DNA of 64,000 nt, taken from positions 129,270 to 193,269 of the forward strand of contig JBAXOX010000001.1 in assembly GCA_037133015.1 (NCBI GenBank). The letters are read 5' to 3'. Positions 59,865 to 64,000 of this stretch are shown piece by piece. Source of the stretch: Acidobacteriota bacterium. Lineage in GTDB: Bacteria; Acidobacteriota; Vicinamibacteria; Vicinamibacterales; JAKQTR01. Under the pieces are notes generated by a model that was not told the origin of the DNA, made no database searches, and was given only the letters and a program-made list of their open reading frames with translations. How positions within the stretch are numbered: the stretch's first letter is position 1; each line of letters starts with the position of its first letter. Both the position numbers and the translations under genes were made by a program.

Positions 59865-62243
59865 ATGACTTCTCGCCGATCCGGTCGAGCCGCTCGGTCT
59901 TTGTTCGCCATCGCGTTCGCCGCGATCGTTGCCGCGACCTCGAATCCACACGCACAGGCGCCGCCATCTTCGCAATCTGCGCAGGTGCCGCAGGCATCTC
60001 CGGCTGCAGCGCTTGCGTCCGCGCCGGTGTCGGTGCCGGCGTCGGTTTCGGTGCCGGCGTCGGCGGAGAAGTGGGAGACCGCGCTTCGCGCCCTGCCGAA
60101 CCCCGCCAACATCCGGTCGTACGTCGAGCGCCTCAGCGCCAGACCGCACCACGTCGGCTCGCCCTACGACAAGGACAACGCCGAGTGGATGCTCGCGCGG
60201 TTCAAAGAGTGGGGCTGGGACGCGACGATCGAACGGTTCGACGTCCTGTTTCCCACGCCCAAGACGCGGCTGCTCGAGATGGTGAAGCCGACACGGTTCG
60301 TCGCGACACTCGAGGAGCCGACCCTGGCCGTCGATCCGACGTCGGGGCAGAAGACCGAACAGTTGCCCACCTACAACGCCTACTCGGCCGACGGCGACGT
60401 CACGGCGCCGCTGGTCTACGTCAATTACGGCAGGCCCGTTGACTACGAAGAACTCGATCGGCTCGGCGTCTCGGTAAAGGGCGCCATCGTCATCGCGCGC
60501 TACGGCGCGTCGTGGCGCGGCATCAAGCCCAAGGTGGCCGCCGAACACGGTGCGGTCGGATGCCTGATCTATTCCGACCCGCGAGACGACGGCTACTTCG
60601 GAGGCGACGTGTTTCCGGGTGGCCCGATGCGATCGCGCGACGGCGTGCAGCGGGGCAGCGTGATGGATATGCCCGTCTATCCGGGCGATCCGCTCACGCC
60701 GGGGGTCGGGTCCACTGCGGGGGCCAAGCGGCTGGCGATTGCTGATGCGACGACGATCACGAAGATTCCGGTGCTGCCGATTTCGTACGGCGACGCGCAG
60801 CCGCTGCTGGCGGCCCTGAGCGGCGCGCTGGCGCCAGAGGCCTGGCGCGGCGCGCTCCCGATCACCTATCGCGTGGGTCCGGGGCCCGCCACCGTCCATC
60901 TCAAGCTGGCGTTCAACTGGGACATCAAGCCGATCTACGACGTCATCGCGCGACTGGCGGGATCGACGTATCCCGACGAGTGGGTGGTGCGCGGCAATCA
61001 CCACGACGCGTGGGTCAACGGCGCCGGCGATCCGGTGAGCGGCGTGGCGGCGGAGTTGGAAGAGGCGCGCGCGCTTGGCGAATTGCGCAAGCAGGGCTGG
61101 CAGCCCAAGCGGACCATCGTCTACGCGGCCTGGGACGGCGAAGAGCCCTCGCTGCTTGGGTCGACCGAATGGGTCGAGACGCACGCCGCCGAACTCGAAG
61201 CGCACGCCGTGCTCTACATCAACACCGATGGCAACGGCCGCGGCTACCTCAGCATGGGAGGGTCGCACACGCTCGAACCCTTCATCAACGCGGTCGCCAG
61301 GTCGGTGGAAGATCCCGAAGCCAACGTCAGCGTGTGGAAGCGCCGGCAGGCCGCCACGATTGCCTTTGGCACCGCCGACGAGCGCCGCGACGCGCGCAGC
61401 CGTGGCGACCTGCGGATTGGCGCGCTCGGATCGGGATCAGACTTTACGCCGTTTCTTCAGCATAGCGGTGTCCCCACGCTCGATCTCGCCTACGGTGGCG
61501 AGGACGACAGCGGCATCTACCACTCGATCTACGACGACTTCTATCACTTCACGCATTTCGGGGATACCGACTTTGCCTACGGCCGGCTGGCCGCGCAGAC
61601 GGTCGGCACGGCCGTCGTCCGCATGGCTGATGCCGACGTGTTGCCATTCGACTTTGCGCGCCTCGCCGAGACCGTGAAAGGCTACGTCGATGACGTGCAG
61701 GCGCTGCTCAAGCGTCGGCAGGAGGAGGTGCGGGAACGCAACCAGCAGATCGACGAGGGTGTGTTCGCGTCCACGACGGACCCGCATCGGCCGCTGATTG
61801 CACCGCGCGTCGAGGTGGTGCCGCCGGCTTTGAATTTTGCGCTGATCGAAAATGCCTCGGCGGAGTTGACCGCGGCGGCTGGCCGGTACAAGAAGGCGCT
61901 GGCTGGCGCCACCGCGAAGCTCGCCGGGAACACGGCCGCCATCCGTGCGCTCAACGCGAAGCTGATGCAGAGCGAGCGGCAGTTGCTCGACCCGGCCGGC
62001 CTTCCGCACCGGGAGTGGTATCGCCACTTGTTGTACGCGCCAGGCTTCTACACCGGCTACGACGTCAAGACGCTGCCCGGCGTGCGCGAAGGCATCGAAC
62101 AGAAGCAGTACGACGTCGCCGAGGTCGAGATTGGCCGCGTGGCCAAAGCGATTGCGCGCGAGACGGCGCTGGTGGATGCGGCCACCGCTGGACTGGTAGC
62201 CCTTGCCGCGCGTGCGCCGAACTTACTCGCGGTTCCCAAGTGA
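59865..62243 (+). CDS. M28 family peptidase, glutamate-carboxypeptidase-II / transferrin-receptor-like (792 aa)
   Basis: Signal peptide. PA domain 'KGAIVIARYGASWRGIKPKVAAEHGAVGCLIYSDP'. Metal-ligand regions 'GNHHDAWVNGAGDPVSG', 'AAWDGEEPSLLGSTEW' and 'GSGSDFTPFL'. TfR-like dimerisation tail 'REWYRHLLYAPGFYTGY'. Confidence 0.9.
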   Translation: MTSRRSGRAARSLFAIAFAAIVAATSNPHAQAPPSSQSAQVPQASPAAALASAPVSVPASVSVPASAEKWETALRALPNPANIRSYVERLSARPHHVGSPYDKDNAEWMLARFKEWGWDATIERFDVLFPTPKTRLLEMVKPTRFVATLEEPTLAVDPTSGQKTEQLPTYNAYSADGDVTAPLVYVNYGRPVDYEELDRLGVSVKGAIVIARYGASWRGIKPKVAAEHGAVGCLIYSDPRDDGYFGGDVFPGGPMRSRDGVQRGSVMDMPVYPGDPLTPGVGSTAGAKRLAIADATTITKIPVLPISYGDAQPLLAALSGALAPEAWRGALPITYRVGPGPATVHLKLAFNWDIKPIYDVIARLAGSTYPDEWVVRGNHHDAWVNGAGDPVSGVAAELEEARALGELRKQGWQPKRTIVYAAWDGEEPSLLGSTEWVETHAAELEAHAVLYINTDGNGRGYLSMGGSHTLEPFINAVARSVEDPEANVSVWKRRQAATIAFGTADERRDARSRGDLRIGALGSGSDFTPFLQHSGVPTLDLAYGGEDDSGIYHSIYDDFYHFTHFGDTDFAYGRLAAQTVGTAVVRMADADVLPFDFARLAETVKGYVDDVQALLKRRQEEVRERNQQIDEGVFASTTDPHRPLIAPRVEVVPPALNFALIENASAELTAAAGRYKKALAGATAKLAGNTAAIRALNAKLMQSERQLLDPAGLPHREWYRHLLYAPGFYTGYDVKTLPGVREGIEQKQYDVAEVEIGRVAKAIARETALVDAATAGLVALAARAPNLLAVPK

Positions 62244-62390
62244 GACGCGGTTAGCGTTAGCGTCGGATCCTTCGTAGGACATCGCCCGCCTGCCAAACCG
62301 CGCGGCCGCCCGGCCGCGTGGCTGCCCGCCCGCCTGTCCGCCTGCCAGACCGCGCGGCCGCGTGGCTGCCCAGCCGCGTGTCACGAATAT

Positions 62391-62429
62391 GGACACCTGA
62401 TTCCGATCCGCGCGGAGGTGTCCCGTTTT
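62391..62429 (+). terminator. candidate rho-independent terminator
   Basis: GGACACC-tgat-TCCG-atccgcg-CGGA-GGTGTCC followed by CGTTTT, ~150 nt after the stop at 62243. Confidence 0.5.
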
Positions 62430-62728
62430 GAGTCTCCGCGGCCACGCCCGGAGCAGGGCCCTCATGGAACCGTTACCCGCCCCGCGCGGATGCAGGTCGC
62501 GCACCCACAATCTCCTCGCGCGCACCAGCCGCACACGGCGCCGGTGAGGGCACACCCAGACGCGTCGGGCCTTCTGTAATCCTGGATTGCGCGGGCCAGG
62601 CGGCTGCGCGTGGCAGTTTGCCCCAGCGTGGCAATTTTGCAGGCGCCCAGGCCAGGGGTGATTTCTAAACCGGACTCATTTTCTCCGCACACCAGCCGGT
62701 CTCTCGAAACGGGGCGTCTTCCCTGATT

Positions 62729-62744
62729 TGGCATCCCCGTTGCT
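62729..62744 (+). promoter_or_regulatory. sigma-54 (-24/-12) promoter candidate upstream of the multicopper oxidase gene
   Basis: TGGCAT-CCCCG-TTGCTC against consensus TGGCAC-N5-TTGCW. Correct strand, ~235 nt upstream of the ATG at 62979. Confidence 0.55.
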
Positions 62745-62978
62745 CTGTCTCGGTTATCGATTTTTCAGACATGCATTGGCGGAGAAATTGTGCGGGTCAT
62801 GTTCGGAAATGAGGCAGTTGCAGGGCGCCTGGTGAATCTCGAATTTCAATGGCGAGTGTGCAACTGCCGCGCACAGTCGGGCTCACGTGACCGGGCGAAT
62901 GGCATTGATCCACAGTCGGTTCGCAATCATCGGTTCGATGTTCGCCCGCGTCAACTCTCAACTCGGTGGAGGAAACGT

Positions 62979-64000
62979 ATGAGAAGCAAGCATTCAGATG
63001 GATCGCTCGTCGTCGCGGGTTTGGTGCTGGCCGCCGGCCTTCTGGCCTTGGGGAGCCCGGCGTTCGCGCAGGGCACGTTCACGCAGACGGTCTGCGCCAA
63101 CACGCCGTGCAGCCCGACGATGAACCAGTGGGTCGATCCGCTGCCGGTTCCGCCGGTGGCCGCGCAGACCAAGAAGCCGTTGGTCTCAGTGTTCGCCGAC
63201 TATTACGAGATCAACATGACCGCGCATCCTCACCGGTTCAACAGCGGCCTCCCGGGTGACGCGACGGTGTGGACCTACGGTCAGCCTGGTAAAGCGGCTG
63301 TCCTGCTGGGCCCGACCATTGTGGCCACCAGCGGCAGGCCCGTCATGGTGAAGTACATCAACAACCTCCCGACCGCCCTGGCAGATTTCCCGCTCAAGGA
63401 CGCAATCGATCAGACCATCATGGGCTGGGACGTCCCGACCGGCGCGGCGACGCCTCACCTGCACGGCGGCCACACCGCCGCTCGATACGACGGCACGCCC
63501 AGCCAGTGGTGGACGGCCGACGGCAAGCGAGGCATGGACTACGTCACCGACACGATGACGTACATGAACGACCAGCCGGCGTCGTTGATCTGGTACCACG
63601 ACCACACGATGGGGTCCACGCGCTTCAAGCCCTATCTTGGCCTGGCCGCCGGCTACGTCATTTTCGACAAGGTGGACACCGGGACGACGATCGTGGCCAA
63701 CGGGAAGGCGCAGAACGTGCCGTCCGGTTACGGCACGTACCACTTGCCCCTGGTCATTCAGGACAAGCAGTTCAACGCCGATGGCACGTTGTTCTATCCA
63801 TCCACTCCTGACCCCTCATTGATTCACCCGATCTGGGTTCCCGAGTTCTTCGGCGACACGCCGGTCATCAACGGCAAGGCGTATCCGAAACTCGACGCCG
63901 AGCCGCGGCGCTATCGCCTGCGTCTGTTGAATGGTTCCCAGGCTCGCTTCTACAATCTCGGGTTCAAGTCAGCGACCGGGCTCCTCACCTTTTACGTCAT
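62979..64000 (+). CDS. multicopper oxidase (CotA / bilirubin-oxidase-like), N-terminal part only; it runs off the window
   Basis: Not in the ORF track because it has no stop within the window. ATG at 62979 follows GGTGGAGGA. Signal peptide 'MRSKHSDGSLVVAGLVLAAGLLALGSPAFAQG'. Copper motifs 'HLHGGH' and 'WYHDH'. 'EPRRYRLRLLNGSQARFYNL' is typical of CotA-type MCOs. I translated it by hand to position 64000 without meeting a stop. Confidence 0.85.
   Translation, partial: MRSKHSDGSLVVAGLVLAAGLLALGSPAFAQGTFTQTVCANTPCSPTMNQWVDPLPVPPVAAQTKKPLVSVFADYYEINMTAHPHRFNSGLPGDATVWTYGQPGKAAVLLGPTIVATSGRPVMVKYINNLPTALADFPLKDAIDQTIMGWDVPTGAATPHLHGGHTAARYDGTPSQWWTADGKRGMDYVTDTMTYMNDQPASLIWYHDHTMGSTRFKPYLGLAAGYVIFDKVDTGTTIVANGKAQNVPSGYGTYHLPLVIQDKQFNADGTLFYPSTPDPSLIHPIWVPEFFGDTPVINGKAYPKLDAEPRRYRLRLLNGSQARFYNLGFKSATGLLTFYV

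Noticed and set aside
62462-62734. A 90-aa Cys-rich minus-strand ORF ('...CGWCARGDCGCATC...') divergent from the multicopper oxidase. It is tempting as a small metal-binding protein.
   Set aside because: Its codon usage is atypical for the genome, with many A/T-ending codons (AAT, AGA, TTA, AAA, ATT, CAA, TGT, GTA). There is no spaced RBS, and its 5' end overlaps the sigma-54-like promoter on the other strand. It is probably non-coding, although a ribosome-profiling or proteomics check would settle this.
1-64000. A genomic-island or mobile-element origin for the giant-protein region.
   Set aside because: I recognise no integrase, transposase, phage gene, tRNA target or flanking direct repeats. 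GC content and codon usage of the large genes look like the rest of the window. Only short intergenic stretches are AT-richer.

Overview
High-GC (roughly 68-70 % by eye) bacterial chromosomal window. It is densely coded and looks Gram-negative and soil-type; an Acidobacteriota-like origin is only an inference from gene content. All calls are by eye from motifs and the ORF track, and domain and repeat borders are approximate (+/- ~10-20 nt). I recognised no rRNA, tRNA, CRISPR array, transposase or integrase.

Layout:
(1) 0-22.8 kb is a glycan assembly and export cluster. It holds three GT2 enzymes, two GT-C-like polytopic membrane proteins, a WecA-type initiating transferase with an unusual C-terminal fusion, a Wzm/Wzt-type ABC exporter and an O-antigen-ligase-like Wzy_C protein. 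Very large secreted proteins are interleaved with these genes.
(2) 22.8-26.5 kb is a translationally coupled operon: secreted a/b-hydrolase, O-methyltransferase, a 71-aa GatC/AtzG-like ORF, and an amidase.
(3) ppx-ppk1.
(4) 30.9-42.5 kb holds two more giant secreted proteins.
(5) 42.7-50.3 kb is a 7-gene operon headed by an ArsR regulator. It encodes a group-4-hydrogenase / complex-I-like membrane module whose large subunit has lost the NiFe-ligand cysteines (Ehr-like).
(6) An ABC pair, proC, three large peptidases (M13, tricorn-like S41, M28/GCPII-like) and a 5'-partial multicopper oxidase.

Most notable signal: four secreted proteins of 1005, 1292, 2793 and 975 aa carry unrelated head domains (metzincin, GH-like TIM barrel, subtilisin plus beta-helix plus Ig arrays, CarboxypepD_reg-like repeats). 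All four end in arrays of a ~57-60 aa two-cysteine module that I cannot assign to a named family. The arrays have 5+6+5+3 = 19 copies separated by poly-Ser/Gly linkers, and they sit next to lipid-linked-sugar glycosyltransferases. Two textbook-quality sigma-54 (-24/-12) promoter matches and one weaker match lie upstream of secreted-protein genes.
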